The translations under genes were made by a program, and so were the position numbers. This document shows, piece after piece, positions 1-13,587 of a DNA stretch of 64,000 nucleotides. Origin of the DNA: Podarcis tiliguerta (Eukaryota); NCBI GenBank assembly GCA_965153285.1, contig OZ229115.1. One strand, 5' to 3'. The notes under the pieces were generated by a model, which was not told the DNA's origin, did not search any database, and saw only the letters and a program-made list of their open reading frames with translations. Within the stretch, counting starts at the first letter, position 1; each line of letters begins with the position of its first letter.

Positions 1-3000
1 AAGGTCATAAATATTTATTTTGCCAGGATATTATTTTCCTATATTGGCAGGAAAGAATTACACCTAGATTGTCAACCAAAAATGTGGCCTTAATTGTAGA
101 ACTTAATTTCCAAGAGTCATGCATGCATTAACCAATTAAGGAAGGAAGAAGCAGGGAAACAGATCAAACTTCAGTAATGAATTTGGAATAATGACACAAA
201 CATTTTTATTTAACCATTTTCTCTGGGAATTAAAGCCATATTAGGAGGTCATACACAATCCAGACTATTCTTCCTTCCCCAGATCTTGCATTAGACCTCC
301 TGTGCTGCTTTCCACAATCATTTGTTCAGTGTTTAATGTTTTGAGGCCACTCGTTTCCTTCCTATGCCTGAGTTGTTATCAAAGACAGACATCCCCTATT
401 TTATGTTTCTTCTTCTGGAAATCCTATTAGTCATATATCACCAAACATTGGATTGATTTGACACAGTAGTATATCTGAAAATAATGATGCTGTCTGTTTT
501 AGTCCTCTTGTTCCCATTCTGCTTTCTGAAAACTGCATTGTTTCAAATTTTTACACTCATGATCTAAATATATCCTCTCTTTGTGCAGATGTGATGTGAC
601 CCTGTCCCAGTATTGTATGCAGAGGAGAGTGTGAGATGCAGGCTGTGGCCATTCCTAAGCCTAGGAGACAAGCTGAGATGTTGATGTAATTGCATATCCT
701 AATGTCTTTGGTTAAAAGCAGGTACAGTAAGGAGAATTTGGTTTGGTACCATGGTATTGGGGGAAGAAGAGGTAACCCTGCCTGGTCTTTCTCCATACTG
801 TTTTTTATTATTTAGATCATTCCTCTCTCCAAGAGACAGCTATCATACAAGTCCCTGTCTTTCTCCGCCACCATGGTTAATAGCAGCTTTGAGTGTGATT
901 TAAACTGAGGACAAGACACTGGAGGCAGAGTGTTAAAATTTATATCCAAGCACCGCAGGCCCAGTTTAAATTGCCCATCCTCACACAAAAATGTTGGGAG
1001 ATCTGATCATGGAGCAGAGGATCTCCCATATTAATTGTGTTGCGGTAAAGAATCCTTACTCCCACTTAAGTATCTTCCACCGGAAGAAGACTTCCTGGAG
1101 CTTGAGAGAGAGAAAACACATCAAATCCTCCCAGTTGACTTCATTCTTGCCTTCTTCTTGTAACTATTGCCCCCTGGGAATTGGCAGAGAAAAAGAAATT
1201 CAGATTTATGTAGCTGGTATGGTGAAATATGTATGCAGATCAAAGACAATAAAGACTGAAATAATACAAAAACAGCACTCACAGCATATGGGAGAGAAAG
1301 TTGAGTGAAGAAATGAGCTGTTAGTCCTCTCCCCTCAAGTCTGGTGGCCTGTCCTCCTTTCAAAAAGCTAATAATAACAAAGTTAGTGACTGCCTACAAA
1401 ATCCTGGTGAGCATGATGCTTTCTCATTCCTTCATGTTGCATTTACCCAGGTTGCAGTTAGGTTTGCATCTGCATGGGAAGAGCATGACTTCTGCACTGC
1501 CTGTCTATGGCAGTGTGCCTCTTTAAATGCCACACATTATTAAGACAGACAGATCCAGCCCCTAACACAGGCTCCACTGCCCAGCCAAATGCCAATATGT
1601 TGCAACCATACATCAGTTCTAAGTACTATCTCTCTAACGTGGCATCAGCTTGTATGTATGAAAGAGCCTGAGCTGGATGTGTCAATTTTGAATATGGACA
1701 AGGTGCTTAATCAGTCGAGGAACCCAAATCCCCTTTGCCACAGCCAGAGGCACTGGGGCTTGGACTGGGCAGAGGTACCCTCCACACAGCCCTGCCAGCC
1801 CCCAGCAGGCTTCTGCCAACCACTGCCTGCAGAGGGATGCTGCCATCACTCTGCTGCTGCTGAACTGCTTTGACTGGAAGTGCAGTGTGGGGATTTGCAT
1901 TGGTGACGGCCAGTAAAAAACAACGGGGGCATGGCATAGCACAAAATGGCTGCCACATCCAAAACAGCTGAAAAGGAAATTACACACACACCACATCAGC
2001 CACACCACCAGTTGGGAAAAGGCCTGCTTCAGCCACTGCCATGCTACCTCTTTGCACCTCTCCTCTGTTCAGAATCAATGGGAGAGTGGTTATCCAATGA
2101 AACACTGGTCTGAAGGAGAGACTGAGCCAGTGCAAACAGGAACTGAGTGAGGTGAGTAAACAGTCTCTTGTGGGATGTGGATAGAGATGGAGGTAGAATT
2201 CAGTTTAGTTTCCCTTTGAGCCTATGCAATTCACACTTTGGAAACAATGCACAAACCAAAACACAGCAGTCCTTCAAAATTCATAGTTCTCAGAATTTTT
2301 CAATGCCGTTCCCCTGTCAAATAATCCATACAAAAAAAGGCATATTATATGGTAAAGTGTAAACAGAAATGCATATATCAGTGAACATAACATTCCAAAC
2401 TGTATTGTGTAGGGCAAAACTGCATGCAAAAATGTGTACATTAGAATAAATTCATAACATTGATTAAAAGAAAACAATTGCAATCAAATATGGAAATGTG
2501 GGGAGAGAGTTTAAGACTAGAAAAATGAGGGGGGAAGTTAAGTTTGTTGCTTTGTGTCCTTCTCTCACTGGATTTATTTAGCCTTCTCCCCTGAGCCAAC
2601 CTTCAAATTTGTCTTATTAATTGCCTTAACCTAACTGAACACATATAGGTCAATTGCATAGACAGGTAGTCACAACCATTCACCTGCAGCTACCACACCT
2701 GTCAAGTGTTCAGTTGCTTCAGCGGCTGCAGTTTCCATCTCTTTTGTTCTTGTCTCTTCTTTCAATTCCACCTGATGTTTTCAGCTTCAGAATTGAAAGA
2801 GAGGTGGAATGTTTTCTAGTCTATCAATGATGAGACATCATGAATAAACCAAGTATAGAACTGAGTGAAGAACTGTCTAAGAATGAAAGTATCACAAAGG
2901 GAAGACCAGTAACTTGCCAACTTTAAATTGAGGATAACACCTCCTTGGAGTATGTGTGTCCTACATATTTCTTAAAACAGCAGGAGAGTCATGTGACAAC

Positions 3001-5151
3001 CTATAAACTTGCTCTTGTTCTGTTTTCTGTATGCCTTGCAGCAACCGAAATGTCAAAGGAGTCACTTACAGATATCTGCTGTTCAAAACAAAGAGGGCCA
3101 TATCCCAAGATGGTATCTATTTGTGTCACTTCACTGAAATCAGCTGAGCGATGCTGATTCACACCAGCTCAAGAAATCATTCAGAAGACTCTCTGCCATG
3201 TTAGGTGACAAAAAAGAGATCCTTACATAGCCACACAGAAGCACTGTGCCAAAAATTACTTACATCCCCTTCTTCATCCATTGTGCCAATCCATGTGCTC
3301 CAGTTCTACGGTGAGATAGAGAAGGCATACCAAGCCATAGCTTTCTGTATGAAGTCGTCATACCACTGTACACATTGTTGTGAGTCTCTGGAGTGGTACA
3401 GGACATGGTTCATGGGCCAGATCTGGCAGGTCACATCCTTTTGTTAGATTGACTACAATCAATATGTTGCCATGGAAACGAAATGTTTCGCCAGCTACTT
3501 CTTGAAGTAGGATCCTTTTAGAAATGTTCTGAGTAGGAAAAACTGAGACGAGAAGGGGGCAGGTCTTCCTCTTTGTCATGCCTGACTCAGGTCTGAGCCA
3601 GGACAACTTCTCCTCTAATGAAGACCCCATGACACAAAATCTGAAGAGCCTGTGGAGGCTCCTGACTCTAGCACTACACCAGCCACTTCCAGTATCTCTA
3701 GAGAAACAAATCAAGGCAGGGCACTCCTTCCCAGCAAAGGGCACAGTAATCCAGGTGCCTGTCTATACAGGACAGACAGAAATTTGAGTTGGAAATAAGT
3801 GAAGGGACAGAGAGCTGAGTTTAATATCTGTATGGATCACAGGTTTCTGGCAGTCTCCACAGAGATCTTGTATAGGACCAGTGGACTTCAAGCCTATCTG
3901 TTCTGAATGTTTAAGCTGCATCTCTCCAACTCTGCTCAACTTGTACATTTGTAAACACTGTAAATGTAAATATTTTATCTCTGGTGTCTTCCAAAAGAAA
4001 ACTAAACCTGGGTTAGCAGCACCCCTAAAACTTCACACTACTCATTAAAGTGGAGTTTTCCCAGGATGAGGCTCATCCGTTGCACTCTGGGTGCACTGAC
4101 CCCTGCAAGTTCCCCAAATGTGGGAAACTTGACTGAGTAATTTATGATTAGAATAGTTTGCTGGCTTGACATTTCTACTGCACATCTTCAGCATCCCCTT
4201 TTCAACTTGTCTAAAAGTTGTTTGGAGCCAATAACGGCCTCCTGTGAGTATTATGTTCTGTGATAGCAGATGCTGACATAAAAGCAAATCAGATTAGAAG
4301 AGATTTGTTCCTCAGAACCACACATTTGTAAGATGAATTAAAAATAATTCAGTTTATAGAGGAATCTTCTAGAGAAGGATTCTATCTTAAGCAGAAGTCC
4401 CATGATAGAAAGTGCTAGAACAGCTCATAAAAACATTTGATGTTCATGGTATATAGTGAAGGAACTGGGTTCAGAAGTTTGCTCACTGCTGAAGTTTAAT
4501 GGCACTTTTGCCCACAAGTATTTCACATCATTACAGTTAGTACAGAAACGCCGGCTGATTAGGAATAAGAATAACCTTTCTTCATTATTCCTAATCATCA
4601 AAGGACAGAAAGAACAATTAGGTTAATGCCATATTCATATGCAAGATTAAGTGGTTTTATTAAAAATGGATAGGCAGCTTATTCCTGTTTTGCTCCCTCT
4701 GAATAGCAGACTGGGGGTCTGTCCAATAATTGTTTGGCTACAGAAATGGTCATAGTAACAAATAATTTCCCATGGAGCCTGGGAAAGTTCCTATGGGCTG
4801 GTGCTAAAGCCGGAGCACTTGAACTCAAAATTAGAATAATATGGATTCACATATTACTGTAGTGTAGCAAGTATTAAGAGAGAATGGTTTTTGAAGGAAA
4901 ATTATAATATATGTGTGTGTTGTGTGATGGGCTTGCTTTTATGTTTGTGTGTATGATCTGAGCAGTTGTTTCATTGTTTGCTATACTAATATAGCAGGTT
5001 TGGGGTACTAATAAAAATATTTAAAATACAACTATAAGACATAAAAAAGCAAAAAAAAAAAAACAGCATAAAAATTCCAGCAGCAGAGAGTAAAAGCAGT
5101 ATAATGTTTTGGGTTCTCTTATTTTTTAGAAGTGGTAATGGTGCCTGAAAT

Positions 5152-5424
5152 CTGCCAACCTAGCAGTTTGAAAGCACACCAAAAAGTGCAAGTAGATAAA
5201 TAGGTACCGCTCCAGCAGGAAGGTAAACGGCGTTTCCGTGCACTGCTCTGGTTTCGGTGTTCTGTTGTGCCAGAAGCGGTTTAGTCATGCTGGCCACATG
5301 ACCCGGAAAAACTGTCTGCGGACAAACGCCGGCTCTCTCGGCCAGTAAAGCAAGATGAGCGTGCAAATCCCAGAGTCATCTGCAACTGGACTTAACTCTC
5401 AGGGGTCCTTTACCTTTACCTTTT
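5152..5424 (+). mobile_element. Sauria SINE, 5'-truncated
   Basis: ctgccaacctagcagtt..gtagataaataggtacc..gtcatgctggccacatgacccgg; ends in an (ACCTTT)n-type tail; homologous to the copy at 8531-8900. Confidence 0.88.
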
Positions 5425-5425
5425 T

Positions 5426-5625
5426 AAGAATATAAGAATAACTTGTTGGACCAACCCAGTGGTCCGTCCAGTCCAGCATTCTGTTTTCACAGTGGCCAAC
5501 CAGATGCCAATCAGAAGCCCACAAGCAGGACCTGAGGATCTGAGGTACTCTCTCCTGCTGCAGTTTCCAGCAAGTTGTATTCAGGAGTATACTGCCCGCA
5601 ACAGTGGAATTAGAACATAGCAAGT
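5426..5625 (-). mobile_element. Old LINE (CR1-like) 3' fragment
   Basis: Similar to 18537-18716 (taagaa..ggacc..cagcat..ttctcac..agcaggac..gtggaa..aacatag); family call from memory of squamate repeats. Confidence 0.5.
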
Positions 5626-6307
5626 GGGTTATCAGCATACTCATCCACTATCAGCAGCCTTGGATCAGAAAAGGTTAAGTTGAGAATGGAAAATGACTCC
5701 TCCATCGCTTGAGCATTCATATTGGTGTAAAAGCAGGTTTCTGAGTTCAACTTCCAATCTTGATATATGCCATTTAATTGTCTGATAGCTGGATAGGGAC
5801 TTAGTGTACTCAGAACCATCCCTGTATTGATGTACCTTCAAACCATCACTAACCTCAGTTTCTTTGCTGATAGGTCTTATCTGTGGGGCTACAGTCAGAA
5901 TTTCTGTCTCCACTATCCTGACCAGTGTACCAGTTATGCCATTCAAATCCAAAACTTCCTTTTCCAGTGTGTTAATTCTGCTAAAGATTCCCTTTGCTGT
6001 TTGTCTAGACAGGAGACATTGGTCGCGTAAAAGTTCCCATAGTGAATAAGTTTCAGTCTGTGTTGTGGCTGAGTGTATCACACCAAGATTGCTATTACAC
6101 CTAGCTGAGGTTTCATTATATGGAAGAAGATGAGATTGCCTTGGAGCATATCTATCAGTGCCTAACATGTCCAGTTAGCTAAGCTTTCATTGGCCAGTTA
6201 GCTAAGCTTTCATTAGAGGAATATGTAGCAAAACCTCTCACTTTGGTTAAGGCTTTTCCAGGCCCATTACTTGCACTCTCACAATGTAAAGGACCAGGCT
6301 TGTCCAT

Positions 6308-6812
6308 ATTGTTGTTGTTGTTTAGTCGTTTAGTCGTGTCTGACTCTTCGTGACCCCGTGTACCAGAGTACCCCAGGCACTCCTGTCTTCCACTGCCTCC
6401 CGCAGTTTGGTCAAACTCATGCTGGTAGCTTTGAGAACACTGTCCAATCATCTCCTCCTCTGTTGTCCCCTTCTCCTCGTGCCCTCCAACATCAGGGTCT
6501 TTTCCAGGGAGTCTTCTCTTCTCATGAGGTGGCCAAAGTATTGGAGCCTCAGCTTCAGGATCTGTCCTTTCAGTGAGCACTCAGGGCTGATTTCCTTAAG
6601 AATGGATAGGTTTGATCTTCTTGCAGTCCTCTTGAGTCTCCTCCAGCACCATAATTCAAAAGCATCAATTCTTCGGCGATCAGCCTTCTTTAAGGTCCAG
6701 CTCTCACTTCCATACATCACTACTGGGAAAACCATGGCTTTAACTATATGGACCTTTGTTGGCAAGGTGATGTCTCTGCTTTTTAAGATGCTGTCTAGGT
6801 TTGTCATTGTTT
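6308..6812 (-). mobile_element. BovB (RTE-clade LINE) 3' fragment
   Basis: ORF 6448..6852 contains NLDSILKSRDITLPTKVHIVKAMVFPVVMYGSESWT..DAFELWCWRR..LKLRLQYFGHLMRREDSLEKTLML, the typical BovB ORF C-terminus. (CAA)n tail at 6308-6320. Confidence 0.95.
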
Positions 6813-7087
6813 TTACCTCTGCCTCCCTTGCCGAGTCACAATAGCCCAGCATAGATTTTTGGACTAAATTTGGAAATGGAGTTCTGAAGTACTGCAGGTC
6901 TGTGCTCTTGTAATAACCATGTTAAGAACTGTTAAATGTGCTGAGTATCCTTTGGTCGATATGGTCTTCTAAGTGTTTCTTTTCAGTTAAAAACACTGAG
7001 CCAAAACAGCTGCTCTTCCAGCTCCTGTCCTCCAATGAAAATATATGGCTTTTAAGCCCACATAGAAGTAAAACAGATAAAACAGAT

Positions 7088-7312
7088 ACAGTGGTACCTC
7101 TGGTTACGAACTTAATTTGTTCCAGAGGTCCGTTCTTAACCTGAAACCATTCTTAACCTGAGCTACCACTTTAGCTAAAGGGGCCTCCCACAGCCACACG
7201 ATTTCTGTTCTCATCCTGAGGTAAAGTTCTTAACCCGAGATACTACTTCCGGGTCAGCGGAGTCTGTAACCCGAAGTCTTTGTAACCCGAGGTGTTTGTG
7301 ACCCCAAGTGTA
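7088..7312. mobile_element. Tc1/mariner-type MITE (degenerate right end)
   Basis: TA+CAGTGGTACCT left end; internal sequence matches the copy at 40320-40561. Confidence 0.8.
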
Positions 7313-8530
7313 TGCACCTTGCCTACATGAAACAATTAGCATTAATTGCTGAGCCAACTGACTTTAAACATTTAAAACTGTTCAAGAGAAAAACAAATTA
7401 AACTAGAACAGACCACAACACTCAAGGGCAAGCAGTCTTATTTGTCACCATTTTCACTCAGAAGTCAAAGTGTGAAATCACTTCTTTTGTTCAAAGCACA
7501 TGAGCTGTCACCTGACCAGAAGGGGCAGGGAACCCAAAACAGACTAGCCTGCTCTGCTTTCTTTAAAAGCATCTTGCTCTGTGGAAATCAACTGAAGAAA
7601 GATAAGCTGGCTCTCATTTTCAGTGTGGCTAAGCCAGGATTTCACATTGTGAAAGGCCATGTATTTGACACTTGGTTTTGTGTGTGTGCGTATTTTGTCA
7701 AACCCTGTTTACTGTTACCAGTGATCCCCATGACACATCAACCCCTCAACCAGAGGTAGCTTAGACTTGTGTACATATGTGGTGCCTGTCAAAATGAAAT
7801 AGAATGGAAAGATAGCAGTGTGGCAGCAGAAACCATTATCTAAAGACCCCACCACCTTTCCTGATGGACTTACCTCTGGTGCAAGCAAATTGTAGTGATC
7901 TGTAGGCACATTTAGAGATTTGTTGCTACTTCCCAGCCATCTGGGTTAGGCTTTTCTAAATGAGAATGGAATTCCTTTCCCATTGATGCTGTCTGTATTC
8001 CTGATGAAATTTATCAGCCATAGACTTAAAAAAAATAGCAACATATTAGAAGGCTCAAACAGAAAAATAGTTGGTATATCCCGACTGAGAGTAGAACACC
8101 ACCTGGTGGATAGATAATGTCATATCTAAGATCATTGCAATTACCTCCGATCTCATTTAATCCTTCCATTTGCTGTACAGTTTCTCTTTAAGGTAATGTT
8201 AATATCATTTGACAATAAACTAGCAGGATAAAAACTCCTGTGCAGGAGTAAGGAATGCTGGCATTTCTTGGCAAGAGCTTATTATCAACTAACTCTGCTC
8301 TAGCTCTTCTCTAGAATGTGGTTGCCAACTCTTTCTGGCAGGGCTCCTATGCCATTAATATATGCATAAAAATCAGGAATTCAACAGGTAAAGCTTTTTT
8401 TAGCATGCAGGTGCAGTGATAGAGAGAGTGAAAAGTTGCCACATCCTTGCCCAAAGGTTGTGCTCATATTTTATTGTGTGTACTCTGAGGAAGGGGGTGG
8501 AAGGCAATAGCACCCCTCTTCTGTACACAG

Positions 8531-8900
8531 CAGATGGCGCAGTGGTCTAAACCACTGAGCCTCTTGGGTTCACCAATCGGAAGGTTGGCTGTTCGAATCC
8601 CTGCGACAGGCTGAGCTCCCATTGCTCTGTCCCAGCTTCTGCCAACCTAGCAGTTCGAAAGCATACTAGTGCAAGTAAATAAATGGGTACCACTGTGACA
8701 GGAAGGTAAATGGTGTTTCTGTGCACTCTGGTCACAGTGTCCCCTTGCACCAAAAGTGGTTTAGTCATGCTGGCCACATGACCCGGAAAGCTGTCTGTGG
8801 ACAAATGCTGGCTCCCTCAGCCTGAAAAGCAAGATGAGCACCGCACCCTATAGTCACCTTTGCCTGGTCTTAATTGTCCATGGGTCCTTGACCTTGACCT
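8531..8900 (+). mobile_element. Sauria SINE, near full length
   Basis: Pol III A-box TGGCGCAGTGG and B-box GTTCGAATCC, then the same body as 5152-5424, with a degenerate ACCTTG tail. Confidence 0.88.
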
Positions 8901-9974
8901 TATAAACATAATCTGCACAAACCCTCTGGGTGGTATGCTGCCATTCCATTCATGTAGCAGACATCCATTTGCACAACAGAACAACCCTCTCTTCTTCTCT
9001 GCACCCCCTATTCACCCTTCCAAATCTACTCTAGAACACTGAGGGACCCTGCAGAGCAGATTTGAGCCCCACTACAGAAACATAACTCTGCTCACAGTGG
9101 CAGATAAAAACTTGTCTGTGTACAAACTGTCCATATATAGGCTTGTCCACATCATGATCTGAAAAGCGCACTCTGCTGAGCTTACTTCTGTATGGGAGCT
9201 CTCCAGCTATGAGAAAAGTAAATGGGATGATGGACTGTAGGGAGACAAGACATGGGCGAGGGAGGATGGTGGTCATGTGCTCTACTTCTTTTTTGAAAGA
9301 CTTTTACTCCTTCAATTCTGTTTTAAAGAGCCACAAGAAGGACTCCTGAGAAGTCCTTGAAATTGCCCATCAACATTAGCACCTGAACAAGTGACTGAGC
9401 AGGCACACAGGTCACTTGGTCGCAGTCTTCCCCTCCATGTTGAGATTTCTGTTTCAATTACTGTAACTATCTAAGCTTGCATCTATAGCTATACATAAAC
9501 CTATGCAAATTTCACAGAAAAATCTGTCCTCTTTTTTTTTTGCATTTCCTCTTTTCCACTGATGCATACATGGCCACTCTATTCTTAATATATATATATA
9601 TAAGCCTATTTTGCTTTTTAAAACCACATCCTTTGCCACCCTTATTTCTATAATGTGAGGGTCAGGTGGTGGTTCCTGATTAAACACACCACTACAGCCA
9701 GACCGGTCCAGACTGTCAGCTGCTGATTGATTGTGAACCTTCATCACTGCAGGTACGTTTCATAAAAAGTCCTGCTGACTGACTTGTTTCGCAGCTGATA
9801 AAGACATAGGAATTACCACAGAAAGAGTTGTTGACCCTGCTTGGAGCTGGTTGAGTTTGAATGCCAAAGTTTGACCCACATTTGAGGATGACGCTACATG
9901 TTAACACAGGCTAGATCTCCCAAAGTTTTTATTTTCACTTAAAAGTAGTTGCAGGAGGAAAATACTGAGTGGAC

Positions 9975-10162
9975 CAAAGCTCAGTGGCAGAGCACCTGTT
10001 TTGTCTTCAAACAGTCTGAGATTTAATCTCTGGCATTTTCAGCCCTGGTAGGACTGGGAGAGATCCCTGTCTGAAACTCTGGAGAGCTTTTGCCCATCAG
10101 TATAAATACTACTGATCTAGATGAGCCAATGGTCTGCCATGGTATAGGGCAGCTTCCTATGA
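9975..10162 (+). mobile_element. Squam3-like tRNA-derived SINE
   Basis: gctcagtggcagagc head, ..ctgaaactctggagagc.., gcagcttcctatg end; similar to 38136-38312. Confidence 0.65.
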
Positions 10163-13100
10163 TGAGAGCAGGAGGGACTTAACCCTTTCCAGCAACACCA
10201 TTTCCCACTATCTGAACGTCCCCCCTCACTCCTTAGGCTGCTATTTGCCTTGCAGGGAATCTACATAGGTTCAAAAGTGGCAAATAGCAACTGGGGGTGG
10301 GATTTAGATCAGGAAAATGGCACTGGGGGGAATGTTCACCTCTCTTCCCCCAATCCACTGCTCTCATGCAGTTCAGACCACCACCACCCCATACCCTGCA
10401 GCTGTTTTTTTAGCACTGCAAAACACTGAGAGAGCTTATCTCCTCCTACATAATGTGTGCAGTTTGACCCTAAGCAGGAAATGTGGATTGGACAACTGCT
10501 GATAAGTCAGGATTCTTTATCGCATGGGTCATGTTAATAATAATAAATCTGGCCTCTAGCACAGTTTGCACTGATAGATCCTGAAGCTTAAAGACGTGAG
10601 ATTCTAAAAATAACAAGTCTACTTCCAAGCCTTCCACCCCCTTCTTTCTGAGCCTTCCTTAACCTTGCACACCCTTGGTTAAGACAGAAATCTATTCTTG
10701 CCTCACCTCGGGCCTTGTGAAAAATAGCATTACTGTCATATGCATATAAATGGCTTTCTTTGCTGCTGTGTTTCATGCTGTAAAGTATTTGTTTTCACAA
10801 CTGGCATCGCTTTTAGCAACAAAAATGAGGCTATGAGCTTGCAACCCAACCATTACATCATCCAGCAGCTACATTTTAAAGTCCCGCTGATTTCAGTGGA
10901 AGAGATTTGTAATGGAAGATATTTTAAGCACACGCTTACCATTCCTGTTGAACTAAATGAGACTTTAACTGAGCAATCCTATACACCATTTTGGGGGGCA
11001 GGGAGATGCTGCTGCTACACCTACACAAACAGTTGTGAAAGCCCACTCTTGCCCAGTTCAGAAGCAAAGTCCTATCATAACCAACACTTCAACATGGTGA
11101 TATAAGCTGGGTGGTTGGCAGGTTGGAGAGGATTTCATGGTTTTTTGGTGTTTTTCCTGCCTTGCATAAACAGAAGTGTTTTCTATTACCGCAAAACTGC
11201 CATTGAATTCAACCTACTATTAGACATGCATGGTCCAGCTCAATCTGATCCAGACTGTATTTTAACATAGTCATTACCAGGGGCCTTGGTTACTTCACAT
11301 GCATATTTCTCCAGTGAGCTACTGTAACAATCCCAGCAACTCAGGGGGTTTTTTTGCCAGCCTCGGTGCAACATGGGATCTGTCTTGCTGTGCTGAAATC
11401 AACAGCAACTTCTCCATGGAGCTGTAAGTACTTCACCACTTTCCTTTGGGGGACATCACGGATGATTCCGCTCAGGCCTTCAATGAGCCGCTCTCCAATA
11501 CTGAGGGTGCTGATTGGGTTGCCAGCTGGCCAGATAAAACAGCTTTGCTTGCTCGTGTGCTTTTGACAGCCACTTGATCTGCAGAAATCAGCAGGGAAGG
11601 CTTTCATTGGGAGAAAGAAATCAATAGTACCTGCTGCTATCTGCACATCAAACTGCTGTCAAAGGAGGGATGGAGAACCTGTGGCCCTCTGGATGTTGTT
11701 GGACTCCAACTTCCTTCAGTCCCAGCCATCATAGTTACCAGGAATGCTGAGGTTTGGTGGGAGTTGGGCCAAAGGTGGCCCATCCCTGTGTTAGGGAGAC
11801 AGCAGCCCATCAAAGAAGTTGGCAAACTTAAAAGCTGAATCTCGGGGATCTGTGATTTCAATTATGAAATTGTCATCTACTGAGCCCTCTGCATCCCTGT
11901 TGTTGGCCAATGCCCGGGTCATCATCATATTACCAAAACTTAGAATTTTGTTTAACATTTAAGCACCGGCTGCAATCAGAACAACAAACAGTGGTGCAAA
12001 ACACTACTGCTGCTTGATTGTCTGCCAGCAATGCACTCAGTTAACCTGCCTCCCTTCTTATCCTTGTTGACAAGATTAATATCGGGCATTTTGTCTGAAA
12101 TGGAGCCTCAGTTCAGGCCCATTTATCCTCTTTCCCATTAGCAAGACATTCTGTGAGCTCTTTATCAGGAGCTGGCAGATGGGGGCTGTATTTATCATGG
12201 CTGCCCAGAAACTCAGTCAGCTTTGGGGGAAATAGCAGAGCCTGTCAGATTCAGCCTAACTACAGGTGTGCTCGGTTTCTTCTCCTAGAAAAGTAAAATG
12301 CACACACATGCAAAAAAAGAAAAGAAAACCCCATAGTGGTACTTGAGTCAACCAAGCACCCAAAGTCAAACATTTGGTGAGTAGGCTGAACAAATGATCA
12401 GTGGGAGCAAGCAACTGGCACTGAGCCTGACTTGGGGTGGGGTGTTAGGCTCTTCCCAACGCAGCAAGCATAGGGCTGGCAACACCCCTTGCGCAGTGAT
12501 TCCCAAGCACCCAACATCCCACCCATCAACCATGTGATGCCATTATGACACCATGCAACTGACAGATGAGTTGTTAACCTGTCCTGCTCAAGGCCAAACA
12601 GTTCCCCCACCTCTTTGTAAGAGGGTAGGACAGTGGGCCTGAACCCCAGTTCTACATATATATAACTTTGCTTACACTAAAGCACAGTACTCATCATCTT
12701 AATTTGCCCAGTAGTGTCTATACATATAAATTAACATGTGAATGTTATTTTTTTAAAAAATGTGTCTTGGGCCTGTGCCCCAAGTCCTTTAAGTAGCTTC
12801 TAGCAATGTCCCTGGAGCCAGGGCCCTATCCCTGGAATGAAGAGGAGCCCAAGGCTGTGAGATGGCAGAGTAGACTGTGCAGCATGAATGCAGAATGTCC
12901 TCCAATTGCCCCTCTTCTGTCTGGGCAGCTGCCTTTTTCCGATCCCTTCTTTGTTGGAAATCCCATGGCCCTATCATCTCAATTTTTAGGAAGAAACTAA
13001 CTGCATTCCCTCCCCACTTCTTATTTATTTAGGAATACAGCAGCTGATACCCAACATAGGCATCACATATCAAACACCTACACAAGTTAGATAAATATAT

Positions 13101-13527
13101 ATATGCATACACCCCTGCGTTGTTATTATTTTTACACCCAATAACTTAACGATGATGCCAAAAATGATACCTTTCGAGACAAAGAAACTGGCATGAAATG
13201 TATTCTTTTAAAGGTACTTGCTGATTTCCCCACCCGCACCCCAAACTTTCCTCCCCTAAGCATGCATCTCTCTGTGTGTACATATAATTTATGGAGCTGA
13301 ATGTGCAGCTGGCTTTTTTTCTGACTCACCAAAAGAGAGGTGGGGCAGGGAGCTGTATGCTATTCGGAATAGGATACAGCACAGCTCCTGCTTTGTCTCT
13401 GCCTGTGTCTACATGTGAAGAGCAGTAAGGAAACTGATAGGAATGAAACATGTTGTTGGAGGGGTAGACTACTCCTGCAAAGGGAGGCTCTGTTGATAAG
13501 GTTATGCTGCAAGGAAAGAGATGTGAG

Positions 13528-13533
13528 CTCCCT

Positions 13534-13584
<51 letters not shown>

Positions 13585-13587
13585 TGT
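13528..13587. repeat. Compound (CCCT)n(CT)n(GT)n microsatellite
   Basis: Direct reading. Confidence 0.95.

Noticed and set aside
3340-4040. Possible solo LTR ending ..CTTCACA
   Set aside because: I could not find a matching TG start or a target-site duplication; left uncalled.
8531-8610. tRNA-like A/B boxes (also 9975, 23272, 38136)
   Set aside because: Heads of tRNA-derived SINEs; no cloverleaf or terminator.
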